Shown: positions 47,565-60,155, counted from the first letter of the stretch. The stretch is DNA of 64,000 nucleotides from Clostridia bacterium (GCA_017461475.1 JAFTXX010000005.1:29918-93917); one strand, 5' to 3'. Notes: a model not told the origin generated them from the letters alone. Made by a program: numbers and translations.

Positions 47565-47810
47565 TAAATTAATGTTTATGTTACAAACATCTCCGCCCGA
47601 GATCGCAACGCTGACGCTCAAGGATGACAAGGGCGGGATTTAGCAAAGTGCTTTAGTTGCCTTATTTTATAGCATTTCAACAACCCCCGCTTGTCATCCT
47701 CGAACGGAGCACAAGGAACCGAAGGTTCCTGCCATACTCGCAAAGCGAGTATGGGCGGAGTGAAGAATCTCGCGGGGAGATGTTTGCTTCTCCGCTAAAC
47801 ATTAATTTAC
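47565..47810 (+). repeat. MITE-like nested-palindrome repeat, copy 5 (long form with two-hairpin cassette)
   Basis: The full-length reference copy. Contains TAAATTAATGTTTATGTTACAAACATCTCCGCCCGAGATC..., the inner GATGACAAG/CTTGTCATC palindrome, the cassette at 47711-47754, and ...GAATCTCGCGGGGAGATGTTTGC..TAAACATTAATTTAC. Confidence 0.9.
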
Positions 47811-47820
47811 TTTATTTGTT

Positions 47821-49098
47821 CTACCTTGTCACCATTACCGCGACGCCGTCGGGGATGGCTGTTACGGTTGCATTTTTATTGCCTAAGATCTCTTCTGCCT
47901 TCTGCATGGCTTCGGATATGGTTTTTGCGGGAATCATGTGATAGCCTTTTACGAGGTCATCGGGTGCGGTGGAAACGTAGATTATGCTTGCGCGCATGAG
48001 GATGCGGGAAAGAATCTGCGTCATCCACTGATCGCCTACGGTTTCGCCGCGTCCGCGTTTCATAATCTCTGCGTAGATTTCGGCGGGGTCGTCCTTTGCT
48101 TTCATACAGCGGTAGAACTCATCGCCGCCAGTGCCGTCGGATGCGTCGGCAAGCATGATTATAACGCCGCCGTCGCGCACTGCGGCTTCTGCCGCGGTCA
48201 TTCCCTTGACCGACTGGTAGATGTTCTGGTCGAGCGGATAGCCGCCATTTGTGGAGATTACGATATCGCTCTCGGTTGCCTTTGCGCCGCAATATTTTGA
48301 AAGAAAATCACAGCCTGCTTCGTGTGCGCGTTCGACGTCGCCCGCAACCGCGTAAACTACCTTTTTATCTTCGTTGAGGACCACATTTACGATATATGCG
48401 AGTTTCGCCTGCCTTGCCGCCCAGATCATGTCGAGGTGAATGGGGTTATTTTTAAGTATGCCGGTTCGCGCGTATTCACTGTGAATAAACTCTGCGCAAT
48501 GGTTGGCAAGTACGGTTTCTCTTGAGCAGATACCGGGTAGAACACTCTTGCGTCCGCCCGAGTAGCCTGCAAAAAAGTGCGGCTCGATAAAGCCTTCGGC
48601 TACAAGTAAATCAGCTTCTACGGCGAGTTTATTTACGATACATTCACCGCCTGAGGGGAGCGTACCGATGTTTGTAAGCATGTCCGTCTCTTCACAGTCG
48701 TGGACGTAAATTTTTTCATTTGTCACGATGTCCTCGCCGAATTTTGCGACAAGTTCATCGCGCGTTGTACCGCGGTGGCAACCTGTTGCAATGAGGATAG
48801 TAATGTCGGCATTGAGGTTACCCTCGCGGATTTCGGCAAGCATAAAAGGAATGATTACCTTGGAAGGTACGGGGCGTGTATGGTCGCTTGCTATGATAAC
48901 GACTTTATCCTTGCCTTTTGCCATCTCGGAGAGTTTCGCCGAGCCGTAAGGCTGTGCCATTGCAGCTTTGACGAGATTTTCCTCAGTGTCCGCCGCTTTA
49001 TATGAATGAAGCGACGACGTAAGCACACCGCAAAGGCGTGCGTCATCAATTTCGTAGTTCAATTTTTCTTTTCCGAAAGGAAAAATGATATTTGCCAT
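47821..49098 (-). CDS. LarA-family nickel-pincer-cofactor-dependent 2-hydroxyacid racemase/epimerase homologue
   Basis: 425 aa. Contains ASDHTRPVP, ATGCHRG (His108 equivalent), EPHFFAGYSGGRKS (His174/Lys184 equivalents) and LANH (His200 equivalent). Confidence 0.75.
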   Translation of the reverse strand: MANIIFPFGKEKLNYEIDDARLCGVLTSSLHSYKAADTEENLVKAAMAQPYGSAKLSEMAKGKDKVVIIASDHTRPVPSKVIIPFMLAEIREGNLNADITILIATGCHRGTTRDELVAKFGEDIVTNEKIYVHDCEETDMLTNIGTLPSGGECIVNKLAVEADLLVAEGFIEPHFFAGYSGGRKSVLPGICSRETVLANHCAEFIHSEYARTGILKNNPIHLDMIWAARQAKLAYIVNVVLNEDKKVVYAVAGDVERAHEAGCDFLSKYCGAKATESDIVISTNGGYPLDQNIYQSVKGMTAAEAAVRDGGVIIMLADASDGTGGDEFYRCMKAKDDPAEIYAEIMKRGRGETVGDQWMTQILSRILMRASIIYVSTAPDDLVKGYHMIPAKTISEAMQKAEEILGNKNATVTAIPDGVAVMVTR

Positions 49099-49205
49099 AA
49101 TTTCTCTCCTTACTGCTATTAGTAATAGTATAGTTCATTTTGTGCAAAAAGTAAAGATTAAAAACAGGAAAAAGCGAAGTGAAATTGTGAGCGGTTAAGC
49201 ATAAC

Positions 49206-49241
49206 AAAAAGCGTCAATCCGTGGACAGATTGACGCTTTTT
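49206..49241 (-). terminator. Intrinsic terminator after the BNR/dockerin gene
   Basis: AAAAA-GCGTCAAT-(10-nt loop)-ATTGACGC-TTTTT, 5 nt from the stop. Confidence 0.8.
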
Positions 49242-49245
49242 AATC

Positions 49246-51027
49246 TTATTTTACGATTTCTTTTACCGCAAGCAGAAGGTCGTTGAGTTCTACTTTTTTA
49301 TTGCCGGAGATGTCGCATGCGGCTATATCGTCAACTACGGTGTCGGTTGCGATGTACTTTACGATTTTGATAATATCGCTGAGGCTGACGTTGCCGTCCG
49401 CGTTTGCGTCGCCGTAGGTGACTATAGGTGCACTTGTAACCATGTAGTTTGCCGTGCCATCGGCGGTAAAGGAAACGTCCGAACCGCTTGAAGCTGCTTT
49501 GAGCGTTACAAAATCACCGTCAAGTTCGTAAACGTAAAACTCGGTTGCGCTTGACAATGTGACGGGCTTTGTGATTGTAACGGTGGTAGTGCCGATAGCG
49601 GGAGATGCGACAATGTATTCGTATGAGGCATCGCCCGCGCGCTTTACTGCCGCATTATAAGAAGCAAGCGCTTCAGCGGAAGAATATACTTTCGCAGGGC
49701 GAATGCGAATCTTGCCGCCTGTGCGTGTGGTGCTTCCGTCAGAAGCGATAGCGGTTACTGTTCCCGCAGTGCCGTAGAGATAAAGGTCGTCGCCAAAGCA
49801 GGAGACCGCATTCCAAATCTGATAGCCGTCGGTAACGCTTTCAAAAGGTGTATCAAGCACGGTAAAGCCGTCTGCCGCACCGCCTTTGGTTGCAGTAAGC
49901 GTTGTAGAATAAGTAATAGGTGTATTTGAGATAACGGCACCGAATACACGGCCGTATGTATCTGCGTTACCGCTGTCGGAAGTGCTGATATTACCGAAGC
50001 TTCCGGTATAGCCGTCATCGGTCTGATAGGAAATAACTACCCTGCCGTCGGGGAGAGTGGTTATCGAAGGAGCTGCGCAAGCCGCGCCCTCATTAAGATT
50101 TGTCGGAGCGACTACGGGAACGGGTGTGGTCCATGTCTTACCGTCTTTGGAAAGAGAAAGACCTATTACGAAAATGCAGTTATAGTCGCTGTTGGACGAA
50201 GTATAGTCGTGAGTTTCAACTACCATAGCAAACGAGCCGTCGGAAAGTCTTGTAACCATAGGCATACCGTCACGGGTATAGATGTTCGTGCGGTAAATTG
50301 CAGTGGCGTACTCGGTACTCCATGTACCTTTTGACCAGTCGCCGTCATCGCCTACGGTATAGGTGAAATACGCGATACGCTGATAAGCGTCGGAATTGAT
50401 GTTGTTATCAACATTAAAGTCATCAGCATAGTAGAGTGCAACGGTTTTTTCATCAATTTGAATCATAAAAGGTTCCCAAAAGCCTTCACCGCTCATGGTA
50501 GTTGCATTTTCGATAAGTATTTTTTCGTTTTCAAATGTCTTGCCGAAGTCATCTGAAGTTACAACGCGGATAGACGAATAGTATGTTGAAGTATATGTCT
50601 TTGTATTGGAACGGTATGCAACAAGCACGGTGCCGTCGGGGCATACGAAAGGCTGAAAGTTTGAGCGGAGAAGCGCGTGCTCGTTCTCATCAGAGGTCGT
50701 CGTCGACTCGTACCTGTAACCGAGAGCGGTTTTGTAAGTATGAACTGTCATTGCCGTAAGGTCAACGGTTGTTTTCGCATAGGACGAGGGCTTTGAATAA
50801 GTTGCCCATGTTACACCGTTATCGGTGCTGTAAAACATCGTGCCGCTTGCGTCGGATGTCATAAGCAAAGTGCCGTCGGGAAGCTGTGCCATACGGGGAT
50901 AGCCGCTGGTAGTTGCAGTTGTCTCGTCGCTCCAAAACAAAGTGCTGTCATTTTCGAGTGCAAAAGCAGAAAAACAAAAGCAGGAAATAAGCATGAGGAT
51001 ACAAAGCGCGAAAGAAAGTTTACGCAT
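49246..51027 (-). CDS. Secreted BNR/Asp-box beta-propeller (sialidase-superfamily-like) protein with a C-terminal dockerin
   Basis: Signal peptide. Asp-boxes STDNGVTW, SDDFGKTF and SKDGKTW. Dockerin GDANADGNVSLSDIIKIV...DISGNKKVELNDLLLAV. Confidence 0.65.
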   Translation of the reverse strand: MRKLSFALCILMLISCFCFSAFALENDSTLFWSDETTATTSGYPRMAQLPDGTLLMTSDASGTMFYSTDNGVTWATYSKPSSYAKTTVDLTAMTVHTYKTALGYRYESTTTSDENEHALLRSNFQPFVCPDGTVLVAYRSNTKTYTSTYYSSIRVVTSDDFGKTFENEKILIENATTMSGEGFWEPFMIQIDEKTVALYYADDFNVDNNINSDAYQRIAYFTYTVGDDGDWSKGTWSTEYATAIYRTNIYTRDGMPMVTRLSDGSFAMVVETHDYTSSNSDYNCIFVIGLSLSKDGKTWTTPVPVVAPTNLNEGAACAAPSITTLPDGRVVISYQTDDGYTGSFGNISTSDSGNADTYGRVFGAVISNTPITYSTTLTATKGGAADGFTVLDTPFESVTDGYQIWNAVSCFGDDLYLYGTAGTVTAIASDGSTTRTGGKIRIRPAKVYSSAEALASYNAAVKRAGDASYEYIVASPAIGTTTVTITKPVTLSSATEFYVYELDGDFVTLKAASSGSDVSFTADGTANYMVTSAPIVTYGDANADGNVSLSDIIKIVKYIATDTVVDDIAACDISGNKKVELNDLLLAVKEIVK

Positions 51028-51407
51028 GGTTTTTACCTCTTTTTCTTAATTATACGATATAACCATAACATAAACCTTACGCAAATGCAAGGCAAAATAT
51101 ATAGATAATGTTTAAAAAAATCAATATATCTTTCGCAACTTGACCAAAAAATGAATAGAAAATTTATTTTCGTTTTCTCCAAAATGCACGTATTTTTGCG
51201 AAATTTTTGTTTTATCATGGTAGGAGCGCCATGTGAATTTCAAACAAATTACATAAAAATAAACCTACAAAATCTGGCAATATGGCATAAATTACACATA
51301 AGTTAAAATTTTTACGAATTTGAGCTAAATATTTTGCAAAAAGTCACCATTTTGCTTATGATTTGTGCTATAATATAGTTATACTTATACATTAATCAGG
51401 AGTAATT

Positions 51408-51878
51408 ATGGCACAGGACTATAAAATTATCAATATCTATATTGACAAGAACAAAGCGCTTTACGGAGCGCCGTTCGGACCTTCCGAAAAATACGGTAAG
51501 CGCCCGATAGACAGACTGTTCTTGCTCATGCCCGGTTACAACGATGAAATGCTGTGCGCGTTTGTTGACCGTCTTTTTGACAAATGCGACAGTGAAGCTG
51601 CAAAAGACGATGTTCCCCCGAGTATCCAGACTTATCTGAAAGCAAAGTCTTATAAGGAGGCTATCAAAAACCTAGGTCTGCTCGTCGGATTTTACTCGGA
51701 GGGCGACGGATTTGCTTTCACTCCCACGATTAACACCGCTGAAAAGGGATTTGTGATGTGTGACGACAAGGTTTTTGAACTCCGTCCCAACTGCACACGA
51801 AAAGAAATGGCAAACGCACTGAGCAAGGCACTCAAAAGCGTCCGTGTAGGACAAACCGAAGAAGACAGCACAAAATAA
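51408..51878 (+). CDS. Hypothetical cytoplasmic protein, first gene of the glycogen operon
   Basis: 156 aa ORF with an AGGAG RBS. No TM helix or signal peptide, and no motif I recognise. Ends 29 nt before glgC. An extended -10 (TGcTATAAT at 51366-51374) lies upstream. Confidence 0.5.
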   Translation: MAQDYKIINIYIDKNKALYGAPFGPSEKYGKRPIDRLFLLMPGYNDEMLCAFVDRLFDKCDSEAAKDDVPPSIQTYLKAKSYKEAIKNLGLLVGFYSEGDGFAFTPTINTAEKGFVMCDDKVFELRPNCTRKEMANALSKALKSVRVGQTEEDSTK

Positions 51879-51907
51879 AATTTATATAAAATGTGGAGGC
51901 AAGGATT

Positions 51908-53095
51908 ATGAATCAAAAGAGAAAAGAATGTGTCGCCATGCTGCTTGCAGGCGGCCAGGGCTCTCGCCTGTACGCACTAACCAAGTCCACCGCAAAGCCT
52001 GCGGTAACCTTTGGCGGCAAGTACCGCATTATCGACTTCCCCCTCTCCAACTGCATCAACTCCGGCATCGACACCGTCGGTGTTCTCACGCAGTACCAGC
52101 CGCTTGTACTTAACGACTACGTCGGCAACGGACTCCCGTGGGACCTCGACCGCACATACGGCGGTGTAAAAATCCTCCCCCCTTATCAGGGACAGAAAAA
52201 GGCTGACTGGTACAAGGGCACCGCAAATGCCATTTACCAGAACCTTACATTTATAAACAACTACGACCCCGAATATGTAATTATACTCTCGGGCGACCAC
52301 ATCTACCGCATGGACTACGCGGCAATGCTCCGTTACCACAAAAAGAAGGACGCGGACTGCACAATTGCGGTTTTGGAAGTTCCGATTGAGGAAGCAAGCC
52401 GCTTCGGTATTCTGACCACTCACGATGACGGTCAGATATACAAGTTCACCGAAAAGCCCAAGGAACCCGATTCCACCAAAGCTTCGATGGGTATTTATAT
52501 TTTCAACAAAAAGAAACTTGAAGAATACCTCATCGCTGACGAAGCTGACGAGAACTCTTCAAACGACTTCGGTAAGAACATAATCCCCAATATGCTCGCA
52601 AACGGTGAAAGAATGTTTGCATATCCCTTTGAGGGTTATTGGAAGGACGTTGGAACCATTGACAGCCTCTGGCAGGCAAATATGGACCTGCTCGGCGACG
52701 ACCCCGCGTTCTCCATGAACGACGAGACCAAGGGTAAGATCTACTCCCGCTCGTCCGTAAGTCCTCCGCAGTTTGTCGGCGGCGGCGCCGTTATCTCAAA
52801 CTCCATCATCACCGAGGGATGCAAGATAAACGGTACCGTAATCAACTCCGTTCTTTCCCACGGCGTTACCGTTGAAACTGGCGCTGTAGTTAAGGACAGT
52901 GTTATCATGGCTAACACTTATATCGGCAAGGACGCATGCGTTGACTATTCTATCCTCGACGAGAGCATCACCGTTGAGGGCGGAGCCAAGGTAGGCGAGT
53001 CCAAAGAGACTGCCAAGGGCATTGCGGTTATCGGCAATGGTCTCACCGTTAAAGCAGGCACCACTGTTGAAGCAGGCGCAATGATTCAGGAATAA
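51908..53095 (+). CDS. glgC: Glucose-1-phosphate adenylyltransferase
   Basis: [47 protein letters not shown] at 51908 with a GGAGG RBS. Confidence 0.9.
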   Translation: MNQKRKECVAMLLAGGQGSRLYALTKSTAKPAVTFGGKYRIIDFPLSNCINSGIDTVGVLTQYQPLVLNDYVGNGLPWDLDRTYGGVKILPPYQGQKKADWYKGTANAIYQNLTFINNYDPEYVIILSGDHIYRMDYAAMLRYHKKKDADCTIAVLEVPIEEASRFGILTTHDDGQIYKFTEKPKEPDSTKASMGIYIFNKKKLEEYLIADEADENSSNDFGKNIIPNMLANGERMFAYPFEGYWKDVGTIDSLWQANMDLLGDDPAFSMNDETKGKIYSRSSVSPPQFVGGGAVISNSIITEGCKINGTVINSVLSHGVTVETGAVVKDSVIMANTYIGKDACVDYSILDESITVEGGAKVGESKETAKGIAVIGNGLTVKAGTTVEAGAMIQE

Positions 53096-53108
53096 GGAGA
53101 GTGACAAG

Positions 53109-54242
53109 ATGAACGCAATTGGACTTATTTTCTCTAACATACATGACTATGTAATTCCCGAGCTTACACGCCGCCGCGCTATGGCATCCATTCCTTTCGG
53201 CGGAAGATACCGCATGATTGACTTTGAGCTTTCAAATATGGTAAACTCAGATATAACCAAGGTCGGCGTTATCACAAACTACAACTATCAGTCGCTGATG
53301 GACCACATCGGCACAGGTAAAGACTGGGACCTTGCACGCCGCAGCGGCGGTATCAAACTGCTCCCGCCTTTCGTTTCGGCGTATGACAGTTCCAAGAGCG
53401 AGTCTATTACCACCGCTCGTCTTGAACTCTTAAAGGGCGCTGTAAACTTTATCGAGCGTTCCAAGGAAGAATATGTGGTTATGACCGACTGCGACCGCAT
53501 TTGCACAATGGATTATCAGAAACTCCTTGACCGCCACATCGAATCCCGCGCGGACATCACAATTGTTACTCAGCGCAAGAAGGTGACTGACGAGGGTATC
53601 GGCAAGGAGATCCTCATTGACGCTGACATGCTCGGCAGAATCGAGGACATTTCCGAGCATACCGCGGCTGACGACGGCTATCACAATGTTTCGATGAATA
53701 TTTTTGTAATGAAACGTCTGCACCTGCTTAACATCATACGCGACGCTACGGCGCACGGCTTAAAGAGCTTCTATCACGATATCATTGCAAAGAATCTCAT
53801 GCACTCGGATTATTACATTTATAATTACGATGGATATCTTGCCACCGTAAATTCGCTTCCCACCTTCTTTGCGGCTAACATGGAACTGCTCAAACCCGAA
53901 GTCCGCGCTCAACTGTTTGAGATGCCTTATCACCCAGTTTACACAAAAGTACGCAGTTCTGCTCCTACAAAATACCGTGCGGGCGCTATAGTTTCAAACT
54001 CCCTTATCGCTGACGGCTGCGTTATCGAGGGCACTGTAGAAAACTCCATCATCTTCCGCGGTGTTAACGTTGCACGCGGTACGGTTATCAAAAACTCTAT
54101 CGTTATGCAGGACTCTATCATCGGAAAGGATGTATCTCTCAACTGCGTAATCGCAGACAAGAACACCGTTATCCGTGACGGAAGAAAGCTCTCCGGACAC
54201 GAAACCCTTCCTTTCTTTATTGACAAAGGAGTTATAATATGA
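53109..54242 (+). CDS. glgD: Glucose-1-phosphate adenylyltransferase regulatory subunit GlgD
   Basis: GlgC paralogue lacking the GGxGxRL loop (IPFGGRYRMIDFELSNMVNS). Position between glgC and glgA, as in Firmicutes. Confidence 0.85.
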   Translation: MNAIGLIFSNIHDYVIPELTRRRAMASIPFGGRYRMIDFELSNMVNSDITKVGVITNYNYQSLMDHIGTGKDWDLARRSGGIKLLPPFVSAYDSSKSESITTARLELLKGAVNFIERSKEEYVVMTDCDRICTMDYQKLLDRHIESRADITIVTQRKKVTDEGIGKEILIDADMLGRIEDISEHTAADDGYHNVSMNIFVMKRLHLLNIIRDATAHGLKSFYHDIIAKNLMHSDYYIYNYDGYLATVNSLPTFFAANMELLKPEVRAQLFEMPYHPVYTKVRSSAPTKYRAGAIVSNSLIADGCVIEGTVENSIIFRGVNVARGTVIKNSIVMQDSIIGKDVSLNCVIADKNTVIRDGRKLSGHETLPFFIDKGVII

Positions 54243-55684
54243 GAAGAATACTATTTGTCGGCGCTGAAGCGCTTCCCTTTGCCGCAACAGGCGGCCTCGG
54301 CGACGTTATGGGCTCGCTCCCCTGCGAAATTCAAAAGGCAGGCGGAAGCGATGTTGACGTTCGCGTAATAATGCCTCTTTACAAAGCAGTATCCGACTCT
54401 TTCCGCGCACAGATGCAAACCGTTTACGAAGGTTCGGTTTATCTCGGCTGGAGAGAGCTTTACGTAGGAATTCGCGCTCTTGAATACAAGGGCGTGACCT
54501 ACTACTTCGTTGACAACGAGCAGTTCTTCGGCAGAGATGGCAAGCTCTACGGTCACTACGACGACGCGGAGCGTTATGCCTACTTCTGCGAGGCGGTGCT
54601 AAGCTGCCTTCCCTACATTGACTTTGTACCCGATGTACTGCACGCACATGACTGGCAGGCAGCTCTCGCGGTAGTATATCTCAATGTAAAATATAAGAAC
54701 GATTGGCGCTACGGACGTGTAAAGTCGGTATTTACGATCCATAATATAGAATATCAGGGTAAATACGACCCCTATATCCTCGGCAACACTTTCGGCCTCG
54801 GCACCGAGCATCTCGGTCTTATGTGCTATGACGGCTGCATCAACCTTATGAAAGCGGCTATCGAATGTTGCGACATGGTTTCTACCGTCAGCCCGAAATA
54901 TGCGTCCGAGATCAAAGATCCCACATATTCCCACGGTCTGCACTATCAGCTTATCAAAGAGCACAGCAAGCTCCGCGGTATTCTCAACGGTATTGACTAC
55001 GACCTTTACAATCCCGAGACCGACCCTGTTATCGCGTCCAACTTTACTTCGAGAGCACTTTCCAAGAAAGCCGCTAACAAGAAGGCTTTGCAGAAGGAAC
55101 TTGCACTCCCGGTACGCGACGACGTTCCTCTGGTCGCACTTATTTCGCGTCTCGTTTCGCACAAAGGTCTTGACCTTTTCACTCCCATTGCTGACAAACT
55201 GCTTGAAGATGATATCCAGCTTGTAGTCCTCGGTATGGGCGATGAAACTTATGAAAACTTTATGCGTGAGCTTGAAGAGCGTCACCGCGACAAGGTTCGC
55301 TCGCTCATTCTCTACAACCGCGACACATCAAAGAAGATTTACGCCGCATGCGACATCTTCCTCATGCCCTCGAAGAGCGAACCCTGCGGACTTTCGCAGA
55401 TGATAGCATCGAGATACGGTGCGATTCCCGTAGTGCGTGAGACCGGCGGTCTTTACGACTCGATAAAGCCGTATTACGAGACCGAAGACGGTGAGATCCA
55501 CGGCAACGGCTTCACCTTTGCAAACTACTATTTCGGCGAGCTTGAGGAACGCACAAACGCGGCAATAGCACTTTGGCGCGACAAGGCAAAACGCAAGAAG
55601 CTTGTTACAAAAATTATGAAGACCGACTTCTCCTGGGGAGCGTCGGCACAAAAATACATCCAGATGTATAATGAACTATTTTAA
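54239..55684 (+). CDS. glgA: Glycogen synthase (ADP-glucose type, GT5)
   Basis: ILFVGAEALPFAATGGLGDVMGSLP N-terminal signature. The C-terminus contains PSKSEPCGLSQM. Confidence 0.9.
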   Translation: MRRILFVGAEALPFAATGGLGDVMGSLPCEIQKAGGSDVDVRVIMPLYKAVSDSFRAQMQTVYEGSVYLGWRELYVGIRALEYKGVTYYFVDNEQFFGRDGKLYGHYDDAERYAYFCEAVLSCLPYIDFVPDVLHAHDWQAALAVVYLNVKYKNDWRYGRVKSVFTIHNIEYQGKYDPYILGNTFGLGTEHLGLMCYDGCINLMKAAIECCDMVSTVSPKYASEIKDPTYSHGLHYQLIKEHSKLRGILNGIDYDLYNPETDPVIASNFTSRALSKKAANKKALQKELALPVRDDVPLVALISRLVSHKGLDLFTPIADKLLEDDIQLVVLGMGDETYENFMRELEERHRDKVRSLILYNRDTSKKIYAACDIFLMPSKSEPCGLSQMIASRYGAIPVVRETGGLYDSIKPYYETEDGEIHGNGFTFANYYFGELEERTNAAIALWRDKAKRKKLVTKIMKTDFSWGASAQKYIQMYNELF

Positions 55685-55699
55685 GGAGTAAACCCAAAA

Positions 55700-58138
<2,439 letters not shown>

Positions 58139-58150
58139 TCCTACAGTATT

Positions 58151-58178
58151 TATGCGTGCTGCGAAAGCGGCACGCATA
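58151..58178 (+). terminator. Hairpin after glgP; possible partial terminator
   Basis: TATGCGTGCTGC-GAAA-GCGGCACGCATA, a 12-bp stem with a GNRA loop. The T-run occurs only 6 nt downstream. Confidence 0.35.
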
Positions 58179-58226
58179 TAACTGTTTTATTACCATATTT
58201 AAAAATACATTTCATTGGAGTTTTTT

Positions 58227-60098
58227 ATGCAGCAAATTGCTATCACCAAGACCGTAAACGGCAAAGACTGCTCCGCTTCGGGCGCGTTTTGCATAAGCGA
58301 CACGCTGAAGATAACCATGAGTATCCCACGCTCAATGGAACTTGTCGACCCCTCCATGGTTATATGCCGCGACGGTCAGCGAGACAAGACACTGCTACCT
58401 TTTTACGAAGGTCAAAAAGGTGATGCGGACATTTTCACTTTCACCCTTGACCTTGAAAAAATGTGCGACTACGAATGCGACGGGCTTTTCTACTACGATC
58501 TTCGTTTTGCACAGAACCACAAAACGCTTTACACATCCAGCATCAACAATGTAGATTTTAACCTTTGCGACAGACCTTCGCGCCGTTTTTTGCTTCTGGT
58601 TTACGAAGATGGGTTCACCACTCCGAAAAATTACTACGGCACAACGATGTATCACATTTTTGTTGACCGCTTTGCAAAAAGTGAAAAGAAACTGCCCGTG
58701 CGAAATGACGCTATACTTCGCGAGGACTGGGACACCGGTATTCCGGAATTTGCCCCCTACCCCGGCGCGCCTCTCAAAAACAATCAGTTCTTCGGCGGTT
58801 CGCTTTGGGGAATTATCGAAAAGCTTGACTATCTCGAAAGTCTTTCGGTCAACTGCCTGTACTTAAGTCCCGTATTCAAAGCATATTCAAACCACAAGTA
58901 TGACACGGGCGACTACACAAAAATCGACGAGATGTTCGGCGGACGCGAAGCGTTTGACAAACTTCTTGCAGAGTGCAAAAAACGCGGCATCAAGGTGATA
59001 CTTGACGGCGTGTTCAACCACACGGGAGATGACAGCCTTTACTTCAACCGATACGGAAAATATCCGTCGCTCGGCGCTTATCAAAGCGAAAAGTCGCCCT
59101 ACAAAGAATGGTATCATTTCCTCAGATTCCCGAGTAAATACGAATGCTGGTGGGGCATTGACATTCTTCCCCGCTTAAACCACTCCTCAAAGCCGTGCAA
59201 GAATTTCTTTGTCGGCGAGGGCGGCATTTGCGAAAAGTATGTAAAAGAAGGCACCGGCGGTTGGCGACTTGACGTTGCCGACGAGCTCAGTGACACATTC
59301 CTCGACGGACTGAGAAAAGTTGTAAAAAACGCGGACAAAGACGCGCTTATCATCGGCGAAGTGTGGGAAAACGCCGCCGAAAAGGTTGCCTACGGCACCC
59401 GCCGCCGCTATCTTCGCGGCAAGCAGCTTGACAGCGTGATGAACTATCCCACAAAAAACGGTATTATCGACTATGTCAAGAGCGGTAACTGCAACATGCT
59501 TTACAACACCGTCACCGAAATCTATTCGACATATCCGCGCGCTGTCTGCGACTGCCTTATGAACCTGCTTGGCACGCACGACACTGAGAGAATTCTCACA
59601 GTGCTCGGCGGCAGGAACTCCGAGGGACTTTCAAACGCGGAGCTCTCGGAAATTCGCATGAGCGAGGACGAAAAGAAACACGCCGTTTCAATGCTGAAAA
59701 TCGCAAGCGCAATCCAGTACACGCTTTACGGTTTCCCCTCTGTTTTTTACGGCGATGAAGCAGGCATCGAAGGCTACCGCGACCCCTTCTGCCGCATGCC
59801 GTACCCGTGGGGCAGAGAATGCAAAGAACTTGTAGAGCACTACAAGGCTCTCGGCAAGATAAGAAAAGAACACAGCGTATATGCAGGCGGTGACTTCAAA
59901 GTGACCGCGCACGACGGCGGTCTGTTCGCCTTTGTCCGTGAAAGCGGCAAAGAAAAGATGCTCACCGTCACCAACCGCGCGTCTTTTGAAATAAAGTACA
60001 ATGTAGGCGCAAAGTGGCGCGACGTCATAAGCGGCGAAGTCGGCGAAGACACCGTTTCCCTGCCCAGCAATACGTTCAGGGTCTTAGAAATTTTATAA
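58227..60098 (+). CDS. GH13 alpha-amylase-family enzyme (neopullulanase/cyclomaltodextrinase-like, not a branching enzyme)
   Basis: GH13 regions I-IV: DGVFNHTG, GWRLDVADE, IIGEVWE, LLGTHDTER. ATG at 58227 follows GGAG. Confidence 0.8.
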   Translation: MQQIAITKTVNGKDCSASGAFCISDTLKITMSIPRSMELVDPSMVICRDGQRDKTLLPFYEGQKGDADIFTFTLDLEKMCDYECDGLFYYDLRFAQNHKTLYTSSINNVDFNLCDRPSRRFLLLVYEDGFTTPKNYYGTTMYHIFVDRFAKSEKKLPVRNDAILREDWDTGIPEFAPYPGAPLKNNQFFGGSLWGIIEKLDYLESLSVNCLYLSPVFKAYSNHKYDTGDYTKIDEMFGGREAFDKLLAECKKRGIKVILDGVFNHTGDDSLYFNRYGKYPSLGAYQSEKSPYKEWYHFLRFPSKYECWWGIDILPRLNHSSKPCKNFFVGEGGICEKYVKEGTGGWRLDVADELSDTFLDGLRKVVKNADKDALIIGEVWENAAEKVAYGTRRRYLRGKQLDSVMNYPTKNGIIDYVKSGNCNMLYNTVTEIYSTYPRAVCDCLMNLLGTHDTERILTVLGGRNSEGLSNAELSEIRMSEDEKKHAVSMLKIASAIQYTLYGFPSVFYGDEAGIEGYRDPFCRMPYPWGRECKELVEHYKALGKIRKEHSVYAGGDFKVTAHDGGLFAFVRESGKEKMLTVTNRASFEIKYNVGAKWRDVISGEVGEDTVSLPSNTFRVLEIL

Positions 60099-60103
60099 AA
60101 GTA

Positions 60104-60146
60104 AAAGCAGTAAGTTCAATGTGTTGAGCTTACTGCTTTGTTTTTG
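60104..60146 (+). terminator. Intrinsic terminator after the GH13 gene
   Basis: AAAGCAGTAAG-(14-nt loop)-CTTACTGCTTT followed by GTTTTT. Confidence 0.75.
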
Positions 60147-60155
60147 GGATTGAGG

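Noticed and set aside
49183-49194. AATTGTGAGCGG, a 12-nt identity with the E. coli lac operator left half, upstream of the LarA-like gene
   Set aside because: There is no matching inverted half-site (the sequence continues TTAAGCATAACAA) and no LacI-family gene adjacent. It is most simply a chance match.
51033-51218. 61-aa minus-strand ORF in the AT-rich region upstream of the glycogen operon
   Set aside because: It has no RBS, lies in AT-rich promoter-like DNA, and gives a low-complexity Lys/Ile/Phe-rich peptide. It is probably non-coding.
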